Source: an uncultured Pelagibacteraceae bacterium (GTDB lineage: Bacteria > Pseudomonadota > Alphaproteobacteria > Pelagibacterales > AG-422-B15). From it: 64,000 nucleotides of DNA. The DNA lies in assembly GCA_902518955.1 (NCBI GenBank), contig CABYIR010000002.1, positions 48,891 to 112,890 of the forward strand, given 5' to 3'. A program made the translations under genes and the position numbers. Positions 38,993-48,241 of this stretch are shown in pieces; the stretch's first letter is position 1; every line of letters starts with the position of its first letter. Under the pieces are notes generated by a model. The model had not been told where the DNA came from. It saw nothing but the letters and a program-made list of their open reading frames with translations, and searched no databases.

Positions 38993-39513
38993 TTAATACT
39001 TTCAATATATTCTACTAATTCTTTTAAAATTAATTTTTTTTGCTTTTTCGAAACATCATAATGAAAGTCAGCACTTTCATAATTAATTTTTCTAATTTTA
39101 TCAAGCTTCATTATTTCAGACTTAATGTTTTTTCCAATTAATAAAGGTCTATTTTTATTTTTTTTCAATCTTTCAACTAAAATATTAATATTACATTTTA
39201 ACCAGATACTAATATTTTTTTCTTTTATTAGTGCTCTGATATTTTTATTCTCAAATGAACCACCACCTAATGCAATCACTTTTTTTTCTTTCGATTCTAA
39301 TATCTGTTTAATTATACTTTCTTCAATTTTTCTAAATCGATTTTCTCCTTGTTTTAAAAAAATTTCTCTAATCTTAGTATTAGTATGTTTTTCAATTTCA
39401 TAATCTGTATCAATAAAATCTATAGAAAGTTTTTTTGCAAAGCTTTTGCCAATTGTGGACTTGCCTGAGCCCATATGGCCTAATAAAACAATATTTGATA
39501 CATTATTTTTCAT
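38989..39513 (-). CDS. aroK: shikimate kinase
   Basis: 174 aa with P-loop GHMGSGKSTIG. 4-nt overlap with aroB. Confidence 0.88.
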   Translation of the reverse strand: MKNNVSNIVLLGHMGSGKSTIGKSFAKKLSIDFIDTDYEIEKHTNTKIREIFLKQGENRFRKIEESIIKQILESKEKKVIALGGGSFENKNIRALIKEKNISIWLKCNINILVERLKKNKNRPLLIGKNIKSEIMKLDKIRKINYESADFHYDVSKKQKKLILKELVEYIESIK

Positions 39514-39590
39514 CTAAATTTTGACATTTTTGCAGTATTAAATGTGATAAAATTTCACAGCGTTAGTTTAATCTGTTACAAGGGAGCGAT

Positions 39591-41366
39591 ATGAAAGATA
39601 TTAAAACAAATTTCATTAGAAATAATTCTCTATTATACATATTTACGGCTGTTGTAGTATCGGTAATTATAATATTTTCAATAAGCACTATTTATGCTGA
39701 AGAAAATGATAAAAAACCCTTAGATTTATGGGAAAACAATTCCTTGCTAAGCAAAGATGAAGATAAGAAAAAGGAATTTAATCCTGTTTCAACTAATAAT
39801 ATTATAAACTCTGAAGAAGAAATAGACCAAAGTAAAATTAATGTTTCAAACTTAGATAGTATTGGAATTTATGATGAGTCTAACGGCGGGTTCTCAATTG
39901 GAGTTTGGAAAAATTCAAATTTTGATCAAATTGAGTATTTGCTCAATAAAGTTCCACCTGTCTCAAGAAATACTGTTTTGAAAAATTTAATTAATAAGTC
40001 TTTATTAACGATCTCAAATCCTCCAGTAAAAAAAAATAAAAATGAAAAAATCTTTTTTGATCTTAAAATTGAGTATTTGGAAAAAGCCGCAAACTATAAT
40101 GAGATTGAGAAACTTTTCAGCTTGATTCCTGAAGATGATTTAAATGATGATCTTCTTAATAAATATATTACTTCCAAATTAATTAATGGGGATTATAAAT
40201 CAATTTGTAGATTAGATAATCAAATATCAGAAAGTAAATTTAAATTAGAAATAAATTCTTTCTGCAAAGCAATGTCAAATAATTTACCAGCTTTAGATTT
40301 GATGATTTCGCTTTTGATAGAAGAAGATATTGCTGATAAAGATTTACTGTATATTTATTATTCATACATAAACCAGACAGAAATTGATTTAAAAAGAATA
40401 AAAAATATAGATATTAAGAAAATTAACTTAATATCAAATTTAGGAATTGATTATTCAGAGTACATAGATGAAAATTCTCCACTTGAATTACAATTATTCT
40501 TTGTTTATTCAAAATTAAAAGCAGAAGATAAAAAAGTGGTTTTAGCTGAAAATTTATTATCTACAAGTACCTTAGAGTCTAGTTTTCTTGGAGATTTGTA
40601 TAAGCAGTATTTTACTGGCTTAAATTTAAATATATCAGTTGACTACTTAAATATGGAGTCTTCAATGAAAAAAAGAGTGGGAATTTATAATCTAATAAGA
40701 AGTACTTCTGATCAGAGTAAACTTCCTAAATTACTAAGTTTGTATGTTGATGAAATGGGATCTCAAAAATTACTCTTGAATAGTGCTAACCTGGTTTATG
40801 ATAAGGCCAAAATTATCACTCCTAAACAGTCTTATAAAAATGATGTTCTACCGATTTGTGTAATTTTATTGATAAATAATGATATTGAAAAATGTAAAGA
40901 GTGGTTGGACACACTTACATTTGATAAAGAGTCAGAAGAAATCATAAAAAAAATAAAGTTTTATTTATTTTTAAAGAATGATGATGATCAAATTAAATCA
41001 AGCGTTTTAAATAATGCTGAGAATTATGTAAGCTTAGAAAGCTTAGATGATCTAGACAAAAATATAATTGCAAAATTTTTCTCTTTAAGACAAGAAAATC
41101 AATTTCTCGAATTCTGGAGATCTAAAAATGATATGAGTAGAACTTCCGGCATAACTATAAATATCAAGCTCATTGAGTACTTAAATCAAATTAAAGATAT
41201 CAGTATTGGGGAGGCAATTTTATTATCAAGTATTATCTACGGTAACAATAATGAACATTCAAAAGATGTTTATGCCTTATTTTCTATAATTAAAACTCTT
41301 GAAGTGATTAATCCTTCATTTACAGATGAATTTTTATTTGAATATTTTGCTAATAATTTAATCTAA
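39591..41366 (+). CDS. hypothetical secreted or periplasmic protein, 591 aa
   Basis: Long uninterrupted ORF in very AT-rich DNA. AGGGAG SD at 39581-39586. N-terminal signal/anchor is LLYIFTAVVVSVIIIFSISTIYA-EE. I recognise no motif. Confidence 0.6.
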   Translation: MKDIKTNFIRNNSLLYIFTAVVVSVIIIFSISTIYAEENDKKPLDLWENNSLLSKDEDKKKEFNPVSTNNIINSEEEIDQSKINVSNLDSIGIYDESNGGFSIGVWKNSNFDQIEYLLNKVPPVSRNTVLKNLINKSLLTISNPPVKKNKNEKIFFDLKIEYLEKAANYNEIEKLFSLIPEDDLNDDLLNKYITSKLINGDYKSICRLDNQISESKFKLEINSFCKAMSNNLPALDLMISLLIEEDIADKDLLYIYYSYINQTEIDLKRIKNIDIKKINLISNLGIDYSEYIDENSPLELQLFFVYSKLKAEDKKVVLAENLLSTSTLESSFLGDLYKQYFTGLNLNISVDYLNMESSMKKRVGIYNLIRSTSDQSKLPKLLSLYVDEMGSQKLLLNSANLVYDKAKIITPKQSYKNDVLPICVILLINNDIEKCKEWLDTLTFDKESEEIIKKIKFYLFLKNDDDQIKSSVLNNAENYVSLESLDDLDKNIIAKFFSLRQENQFLEFWRSKNDMSRTSGITINIKLIEYLNQIKDISIGEAILLSSIIYGNNNEHSKDVYALFSIIKTLEVINPSFTDEFLFEYFANNLI

Positions 41367-41371
41367 CAAAA

Positions 41372-42289
41372 GTGAACGTCCATCTTATACTTGAAAACTT
41401 TTTAGAAGTACTAGCTTCTGAAAAAGGTTTAGCATTTAACACAAGAATGTCATATAAAAATGATATTCTTCAGTTTTCAGTTTTTCTTGAAAAAAATAAA
41501 AAAAAAATAAATGAAATTACGTCAATTGATATTGAAAAATTTATATCAAAATTTACAACTCAAGGTTTAGAAAAATCAACTATATCAAGAAAGATGTCTG
41601 CGTTGAGTCATTTTTTCATTTTCTTATTAGAAGAAAATATCATCAAAAAAAATCCTATTAATGAATTAGATCTTCCTAAACAAATAAAAAAATTACCTAA
41701 AATTTTATCAGTTGATCAAGTTGAAAAATTAATCAAATCTTCTCGTGAAGATCAGTCAATAAATGGAATTAGATTGAATACAATGATTGAAATATTATAC
41801 GCTACTGGTATTCGAGTCTCAGAACTTGTTGAAATGAAATTATCAGCAACATATGCAGAGAAAAATTTTCTTCTTGTACAAGGAAAAGGTAATAAAGAGA
41901 GACTGGTACCAATTAGTGAAAATACAGAAAATAAGATTAAAGACTATTTGAAGATAAGAAACAAATTTATAAATAATGACACTGAGTCAAAATGGTTATT
42001 TCCATCAAAGCAATCATCGAAAGGCCATATAACGCGCCAGAGGTTTAATCAGTTACTGCAAACTTTATGTGAAAGAGTTAATTTAAATAATATTAGAATA
42101 AGTCCTCATAAACTAAGGCATGCATTTGCTACTCATCTTCTCGCAAATGGCGTAGATCTAAGATCATTACAACAAATGTTGGGTCACGCAGATATATCAA
42201 CCACTCAAATTTATACTCATGTACTTAAAGATAGACTTAAAAAATTAGTATCAGATAATCATCCATTATCTAAAATTGAAATCAATTGA
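41372..42289 (+). CDS. xerD: tyrosine recombinase XerD
   Basis: 305 aa with catalytic R...HxxR...Y elements (LRHAFATHLL, GHADISTTQIYTHV). GTG start. Confidence 0.88.
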   Translation: MNVHLILENFLEVLASEKGLAFNTRMSYKNDILQFSVFLEKNKKKINEITSIDIEKFISKFTTQGLEKSTISRKMSALSHFFIFLLEENIIKKNPINELDLPKQIKKLPKILSVDQVEKLIKSSREDQSINGIRLNTMIEILYATGIRVSELVEMKLSATYAEKNFLLVQGKGNKERLVPISENTENKIKDYLKIRNKFINNDTESKWLFPSKQSSKGHITRQRFNQLLQTLCERVNLNNIRISPHKLRHAFATHLLANGVDLRSLQQMLGHADISTTQIYTHVLKDRLKKLVSDNHPLSKIEIN

Positions 42290-42339
42290 TATCTATATTT
42301 ACTTGATATTTTAAAACTTAGATGATAATCAAATAAATT

Positions 42340-43317
42340 ATGAGTTTTTCAGAATTAAAAACAGTCAGAACAAGATTAAATAGATCTGAGCTTTTTGTGC
42401 CAGGGTCTAAGCCCGAACTTTTTGAAAAGGCCGTCAGCAGTAATGCAGATGTAATTTGTATTGATCTTGAGGACGCAGTTGCTCCCCAAGATAAAGATCA
42501 GGCCAAAAAAAATATCATTTCAGCACTTAATGATTTTGATTTTGGCAAAAAAACAATTTCTATTAGGATTAATGGTCTTGATACAACTTATTGTTATCGA
42601 GATGTAATCGACGTTATGGAAAATTCTGGCGAAAGGCTTGATTTAATAATGATACCAAAAGTAGGTGTCCCAGAAGACTGCTATGCAATTGACATGTTGG
42701 TTACACAAATTGAAAATAAGATCGAAAGAAATAAAAAAATTGGTTTTGAATTAATCGTTGAGACTTCACTAGGAATTACAAATTTAGATAATATTATTAC
42801 TGGTAGCAAAAGAATAGAGTCACTTCATTTTGGATATGCTGACTATGCTGCATCTGTTCGAATGAGAACAACTAATATAGGTGGACCAAATCCAGACTAC
42901 GTCACCCTTACAGATGAAATAGATGGAAATAGAGAAAAACATTGGAATGACTTGTGGCATTATCCTGTTTCTAAAATGACAACAATTGGTCGCGCACATG
43001 GACTGAGAATAATTGACGGTCCTTTTGGAGACTTTTCAGATCCTGATGGCTTTATTGCACATGCAAAAAGAACAGCAATTTTAGGCTGTGAAGGAAAATG
43101 GGCTATTCATCCAAGTCAAGTTGATCTAGCTAATGAAGTATTTACCTTACCTGAAGCAGAAGTAATAAAAGCAAGAGAAATTTTAAAAGCCATGAAAAGT
43201 GCTCAGGAGTCAGGTGCTGGAGCGGCAACATTGAATGGAAAATTAATTGATGCGGCCTCTGTCAGACAAGCTGAACAAATAATTACACAAACTGAATTAA
43301 TCGAGTCTCAAAGTTAA
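42340..43317 (+). CDS. mcl: L-malyl-CoA/beta-methylmalyl-CoA lyase (HpcH/CitE family)
   Basis: 325 aa with LFVPGSKPELFEKA, DLEDAVAP, IMIPKVG, DGPFGDFSD and GKWAIHPSQV. These closely resemble Mcl1 as I recall it from Rhodobacter. Confidence 0.8.
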   Translation: MSFSELKTVRTRLNRSELFVPGSKPELFEKAVSSNADVICIDLEDAVAPQDKDQAKKNIISALNDFDFGKKTISIRINGLDTTYCYRDVIDVMENSGERLDLIMIPKVGVPEDCYAIDMLVTQIENKIERNKKIGFELIVETSLGITNLDNIITGSKRIESLHFGYADYAASVRMRTTNIGGPNPDYVTLTDEIDGNREKHWNDLWHYPVSKMTTIGRAHGLRIIDGPFGDFSDPDGFIAHAKRTAILGCEGKWAIHPSQVDLANEVFTLPEAEVIKAREILKAMKSAQESGAGAATLNGKLIDAASVRQAEQIITQTELIESQS

Positions 43318-43334
43318 ATGGCATAATTAAATCT

Positions 43335-44444
43335 ATGAATACATATTTAGATTTTGAAAAGCCAATAGAATCCTTAGATTCACGTATTTTAGAACTGAAA
43401 AGTTTAAATGAGAGTAATCCATCTGATCTACTAGTTGACGAAATACAAGAGATTGAAAATCAAATAAATACTTCATACGAGAAGATTTTTTCAAGTATTA
43501 CACCCTGGCAAAGAACGCAAATTTCCAGACACCCTCAAAGACCAAAGACAAGAGATTATATCGAAAATCTTATAACAGATTTTTATCCACTTTCTGGAGA
43601 TAGAGCATTTTCTGAAGATAAAGCAATTATGGGTGGATTTGGAAAGTTTAGAGGGCAATCAGTTTTAGTTATGGGGCATGAAAAAGGTCATGATACCTAC
43701 TCAAGAATTGAGCATAATTTTGGAATGCCAAAACCAGAAGGCTATAGAAAAGCTCAAAGACTAATGAAACTTGCCGAACATTTTGATATTCCTGTTATTT
43801 CTTTTGTGGATACTCCTGGCGCTTATTCGGGCTTAGGTGCCGAGCAAAGAGGTCAATCAGAGGCTATAGCAAGAACGACTGAATGCTGCCTATCGCTTGA
43901 TGTTCCGATAGTCGTAGTCATTATTGGTGAAGGTGGATCAGGTGGTGCCGTTGCAATTGGTACAGGAAACAATGTTCTTATGCTCGAAAACTCAGTATAT
44001 TCTGTAATATCCCCAGAGGGGTGCTCATCAATATTATGGAAAGATACTTCTAAAACTGCAGAGGCAGCAGAAGCTTTAAAGTTAACTGCTTCAGATATGC
44101 TTAAAATTGATGTAATTGATAAAATAATTCCCGAGCCAATTGGTGGTGCTCACAGACATCACTTAGTTACAATAAATAATACTGGTGATGCAATCGAAAA
44201 CTGCTTAAATGTTCTTTCAAACCAACATGGAAACGAATTAAAACACTCTCGTCAGGAAAGATACCTACAGATAGGAAGACTAGGCTTATTTAGCGAAAAA
44301 ACCACTACAGCTAATGAGGTTTTAGATAATAAGTATGGAAAGTCTCGTCCACAACAACCTTTTTATCTAAATACAAAAAATCAGATCTTTTTTTTAATTT
44401 TTGTAACTTTAATAATTTTTTTTTCTTACTGGCTTTTTAATTAA
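43335..44444 (+). CDS. accA: acetyl-CoA carboxylase carboxyltransferase alpha subunit with C-terminal hydrophobic tail
   Basis: 369 aa with FVDTPGAY and IGEGGSGGAVAIG. About 52 extra C-terminal residues end in IFFLIFVTLIIFFSYWLF. Confidence 0.9.
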   Translation: MNTYLDFEKPIESLDSRILELKSLNESNPSDLLVDEIQEIENQINTSYEKIFSSITPWQRTQISRHPQRPKTRDYIENLITDFYPLSGDRAFSEDKAIMGGFGKFRGQSVLVMGHEKGHDTYSRIEHNFGMPKPEGYRKAQRLMKLAEHFDIPVISFVDTPGAYSGLGAEQRGQSEAIARTTECCLSLDVPIVVVIIGEGGSGGAVAIGTGNNVLMLENSVYSVISPEGCSSILWKDTSKTAEAAEALKLTASDMLKIDVIDKIIPEPIGGAHRHHLVTINNTGDAIENCLNVLSNQHGNELKHSRQERYLQIGRLGLFSEKTTTANEVLDNKYGKSRPQQPFYLNTKNQIFFLIFVTLIIFFSYWLFN

Positions 44445-44450
44445 AATATT

Positions 44451-45347
44451 TTAGGTTTTTTTATTTACTTGAATACGACTTATGCCTATTCCTGTGATGA
44501 CAAGTGCTACTGAAACTATTAATGAATAACCTATTTTCTCATCAAGTAAAATCCATCCATAAAATACTCCAAATACTGGAATTATATATCCTACCTGCAT
44601 CATAAATGTCGATCCAGCATTTCTAATTAATACTTGGCGTAAACTAAAAGCAAATCCAGTTGGTATAATGCCCAGATATAATAATGCTAGAAATGGTATC
44701 CATTTAAAGTCTATATTTTGAAAGTTTCCAAATATTAGCATCAGAGGAATTAGCCATATAGTACCCCAAAATAAAGTATTCATTGTAACCATATCAGATG
44801 GCAAATTTGAAATTTTTCTTATTATAAGATTTGAAATCACGTAGCTTGAAGCTCCAATGTAAATTGATAATGCTGCAATAAGAGAGTCCAAATCACTAAC
44901 AAATACTTCAACACCAACAGCGAAAATTACACCTGAAAATCCTATTATACTTCCTATCACTTTTCTTAAAGAGAGTTTTTCGTCAATAGTAAAATAATGA
45001 GCCAATATAAGAGCTAAAAAGGGGTTTGCAGATAAAATTATAACTCCAATATTACTTGGTAAAGAAATTAATCCATATGGTAAAAGTGTAAATGGTACAG
45101 ATGCATTTAAAAAACCGACAAGACTATAAGTTTTCGTATTTTTACTTATTATTTTGATTGATCCTTTTCTGAGCTTCACAGCACAAAATAAGAAAAGTGA
45201 CCCAATAAATGTTCGATAAAAACCTACTTCAATTGGATTAAAGATTTCATTTGAAAATTTTATTGCTACAAATGATGCTGCCCAAATAGCGCCAAGAAAC
45301 ACTAATAAGCTATAATTATTAAATTCAGATGAGAAATTTTTAGACAT
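44451..45347 (-). CDS. DMT superfamily (EamA-type) transporter
   Basis: 298 aa, roughly 10 TM helices arranged as two EamA-like halves. Confidence 0.8.
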   Translation of the reverse strand: MSKNFSSEFNNYSLLVFLGAIWAASFVAIKFSNEIFNPIEVGFYRTFIGSLFLFCAVKLRKGSIKIISKNTKTYSLVGFLNASVPFTLLPYGLISLPSNIGVIILSANPFLALILAHYFTIDEKLSLRKVIGSIIGFSGVIFAVGVEVFVSDLDSLIAALSIYIGASSYVISNLIIRKISNLPSDMVTMNTLFWGTIWLIPLMLIFGNFQNIDFKWIPFLALLYLGIIPTGFAFSLRQVLIRNAGSTFMMQVGYIIPVFGVFYGWILLDEKIGYSLIVSVALVITGIGISRIQVNKKT

Positions 45348-45351
45348 ATGA

Positions 45352-46092
45352 TTAGATAAGCTCTTTTATTTTTGTAAATAGAATTTCTAAATCTTCTTGT
45401 CTTGATAAATTATGATCACCATCCTCAATAATCGTAAGAGATTTATCTGAAGTAGATAATTGTTCGATTATTTTTTCAGAAACATTATAAGCAATAACTT
45501 TGTCTAATTTGCCGTGCAATAGTCTAACTGGGCAAGTAATCTTTATTTCATCATTTAGTATTTCATGTTGAAAACCATCTTTTACAAATTCATAAAAAAC
45601 TTCATAGTCTCCATAATCATTATCAGGAAATAAAATTGAACCATTTGATTTAAATTCTTCTTTTTCTGTCTCCGAGAGTTTATCCCACTCATTTTTTGTA
45701 AAATCTGGAGCTGAGGCAATGCCAATAAGTCCATTAACATCTATATTTTTAAGCGCAGTTAATAACGCAATCCATCCACCCATGCTAGATCCAATAATAA
45801 TATTTTTCTTTGACCTAAACTTTTCAAAAAAGAATTCAGCTTCACCTAACCACTTTGATAGAGTTCCCTTGCCTAAATCACCAGATGATTGACCGTGTCC
45901 AGAATAATCAAATCTTAGATAATTTATACCATTTGACTTTGTCCAATTATTTAGAGCAATTGCCTTTGTACCTGTCATATCTGAACTATATCCACCAAAA
46001 AAAAATATCGTGGTATCTGATTTTAAATCATTAAAATAATACGCAAGCATCTCATTGTTTACGTCTTGTAAATGATGTATTTTATTGTTCAT
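45352..46092 (-). CDS. alpha/beta hydrolase
   Basis: 246 aa with the GSSMGG nucleophile elbow and C-terminal DGDH. Confidence 0.75.
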   Translation of the reverse strand: MNNKIHHLQDVNNEMLAYYFNDLKSDTTIFFFGGYSSDMTGTKAIALNNWTKSNGINYLRFDYSGHGQSSGDLGKGTLSKWLGEAEFFFEKFRSKKNIIIGSSMGGWIALLTALKNIDVNGLIGIASAPDFTKNEWDKLSETEKEEFKSNGSILFPDNDYGDYEVFYEFVKDGFQHEILNDEIKITCPVRLLHGKLDKVIAYNVSEKIIEQLSTSDKSLTIIEDGDHNLSRQEDLEILFTKIKELI

Positions 46093-46132
46093 AATATTTT
46101 ACTATATGGCATTTAACTATTAGAGCAATTTT

Positions 46133-47275
46133 ATGCAATCAAAATTATCAGTATTGCAAGTTATTCCCAATTTAAATGTATCAGGAGCTGAACAAGGTTG
46201 TATTGATGTAGCAAACTATCTTATAGACAATAATTATGACTCTTATGTTTTAACTAGCGCAGGATCTAAAATTAAAGAAGTAGAGAAAAATGGTACAAAA
46301 GTAATTCTAGGACCAGTAGATTCAAAGAACCCATTTGTTATTTTTAAAAATATTTTTTTAATTATTAGTAATATAAAAAAATACAATATAAAAATTATTC
46401 ACGTCAGAAGTAGAGCTCCAGCGTGGAGTGTTTTTTTTGTATCAAAATTTATAGATGTAAAATGTATTTCAACATTCCATGGCACATATAATTTTAGAGG
46501 GTATTTAAAAAAATTATATAACTCTGTAATGCTCAGAATGAATGGAACGATAGCAATATCAAATTTTATTCATGATCATATAAATGAAAATTATAGTTTT
46601 AAAAAAAATCCTATCCAAACTATTGAAAGAGGTATTGACCTAAATTTTTTTGACCCAAAATCAATTTCAAAGAATGATATAAAAAATGCAATAAAAAATT
46701 ATGATCTAAAAGAAGACTCTATTAAAATATTATTACCAGCTAGGGTTACTGAGTGGAAAGGCCATTTAATCCTTGTTGATGCAGTTTCTCAATTATTAGA
46801 AAAAAAAGTATTAAATATAGAGGTTCTTTTCTTTGGCCCTGACCAAAATAAATTATTGAAAGAAAAAATAAATAATTTAATTAGATATAAAAATTTACAA
46901 CATATAATTAAATTTTATGGTCCTACTAATAAAATGAATTTAATTTATGCCTTATCAGATATTGTAATTTCATCGTCAACTGATCCCGAAGCATTTGGAA
47001 GAGTATCAATAGAGGCTCAAGCTATGGGCAAGATTATTATTGCAAGTGCTCATGGGGGTTCACAGGAAACTATAATTGAGGGTAAGACTGGTTATTTATA
47101 TTCCCCTAAAGAACCATTTGAATTAATGAAAAAAATTTCAAGTGTGATTGATAAAAAAACATATTGTTCAAACGAAATGTCGGCATCAGCCATAAAGCAC
47201 ATTAAAAGCTATTATGGAAAAGATAAAATGTGCAAGAAGACATTAGAATTTTATCAAGAAATAATCAGTCAATAA
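46133..47275 (+). CDS. glycosyltransferase family 4
   Basis: 380 aa with an EX7E motif (EAFGRVSIEAQAMG). Confidence 0.8.
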   Translation: MQSKLSVLQVIPNLNVSGAEQGCIDVANYLIDNNYDSYVLTSAGSKIKEVEKNGTKVILGPVDSKNPFVIFKNIFLIISNIKKYNIKIIHVRSRAPAWSVFFVSKFIDVKCISTFHGTYNFRGYLKKLYNSVMLRMNGTIAISNFIHDHINENYSFKKNPIQTIERGIDLNFFDPKSISKNDIKNAIKNYDLKEDSIKILLPARVTEWKGHLILVDAVSQLLEKKVLNIEVLFFGPDQNKLLKEKINNLIRYKNLQHIIKFYGPTNKMNLIYALSDIVISSSTDPEAFGRVSIEAQAMGKIIIASAHGGSQETIIEGKTGYLYSPKEPFELMKKISSVIDKKTYCSNEMSASAIKHIKSYYGKDKMCKKTLEFYQEIISQ

Positions 47276-47278
47276 TTG

Positions 47279-48217
47279 ATGAAAAATATTTTAGTTATTA
47301 AACATGGTTCATTAGGCGATATGGTTCAGATAAGTGGAGTTTTAAAGGACCTAAAAAACTCATTTATTGATTATAAGATTTCACTTTTGACTACCTCTTT
47401 ATACCAAGAATTAATGAGTAAATGCCCGTATATAGATGATATTATCTTAGATGATCGAAAGATAAAATGGAATCCTCTAGTATTTTTGAGATTAAAAAAG
47501 AAATTAAATAAGTTAAATTTCTCTTATGTTTTTGATTTTCAGAATTCAAATAGAACAGAAATCTATAGAAAATATATATCTAAAAATTCAATATGGTCAT
47601 CTTCAAGAACAATTCTAAAAGAAACAGAAAAAAAAAAAGAATTTGATAAACTTGCAATACTAGAAAGGTTTAAAATTCAATTAGAGCGCTCAAATGTAAC
47701 TCCAACTTACACTATGCAACCTGACTTTTCATGGGCTATTGATAATAATTTCTGGCCTAAGGAAATTATTTCTAAAAAATATATAACTCTTCTTCCATTT
47801 TGTTCTAAGCATTTACCACATAAAAAATGGCCTTTTTATAATGAATTAATAAGCATGATCAGAAAAGAAAATAAAAATATAGAAATAGTTATTGTCCCAG
47901 GTCCAGGAGAAGTTTTCGAAGCATCTTCATTTGACGCGCAAATTATTTTAGATCGAAATCAGCCAACAAATTTTTTTCAGTTGGCAAAAATATTATCTGA
48001 GTCACTTTTTGTTGTTTCAAATGATACTGGACCTGCTCACATTGCAGCGCATTTAGGTTGCAGTGGCTTAGCCTTATTTGGCTCCCATACAAGTTCTCGT
48101 AAAGTAAGCATTAAAACTGATCATTTTGATGTAATAGAGTCTAAAGATCTAAATGATATATCTGTAAATCAAGTTTTTAATAAAATTCAGTTACATTTAC
48201 AGCTTGAAGATATATAG
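47279..48217 (+). CDS. glycosyltransferase family 9 (heptosyltransferase-like)
   Basis: N-terminus ILVIKHGSLGDMV and motif NDTGPAHIAA. I prefer the ATG at 47279 to the TTG at 47276. Confidence 0.75.
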   Translation: MKNILVIKHGSLGDMVQISGVLKDLKNSFIDYKISLLTTSLYQELMSKCPYIDDIILDDRKIKWNPLVFLRLKKKLNKLNFSYVFDFQNSNRTEIYRKYISKNSIWSSSRTILKETEKKKEFDKLAILERFKIQLERSNVTPTYTMQPDFSWAIDNNFWPKEIISKKYITLLPFCSKHLPHKKWPFYNELISMIRKENKNIEIVIVPGPGEVFEASSFDAQIILDRNQPTNFFQLAKILSESLFVVSNDTGPAHIAAHLGCSGLALFGSHTSSRKVSIKTDHFDVIESKDLNDISVNQVFNKIQLHLQLEDI

Positions 48218-48241
48218 AGTGTGTGAATAATACCTACTAAA

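Noticed and set aside
41372-42289. Tyrosine recombinase as a marker of an integrated element, and tRNA genes as island attachment sites.
   Set aside because: The protein has the full-length XerD architecture and sits in conserved housekeeping context. No direct repeats of tRNA 3' ends, phage genes or transposase genes are seen near any of the three tRNAs, and each is hemmed in by core genes within 0-10 nt.
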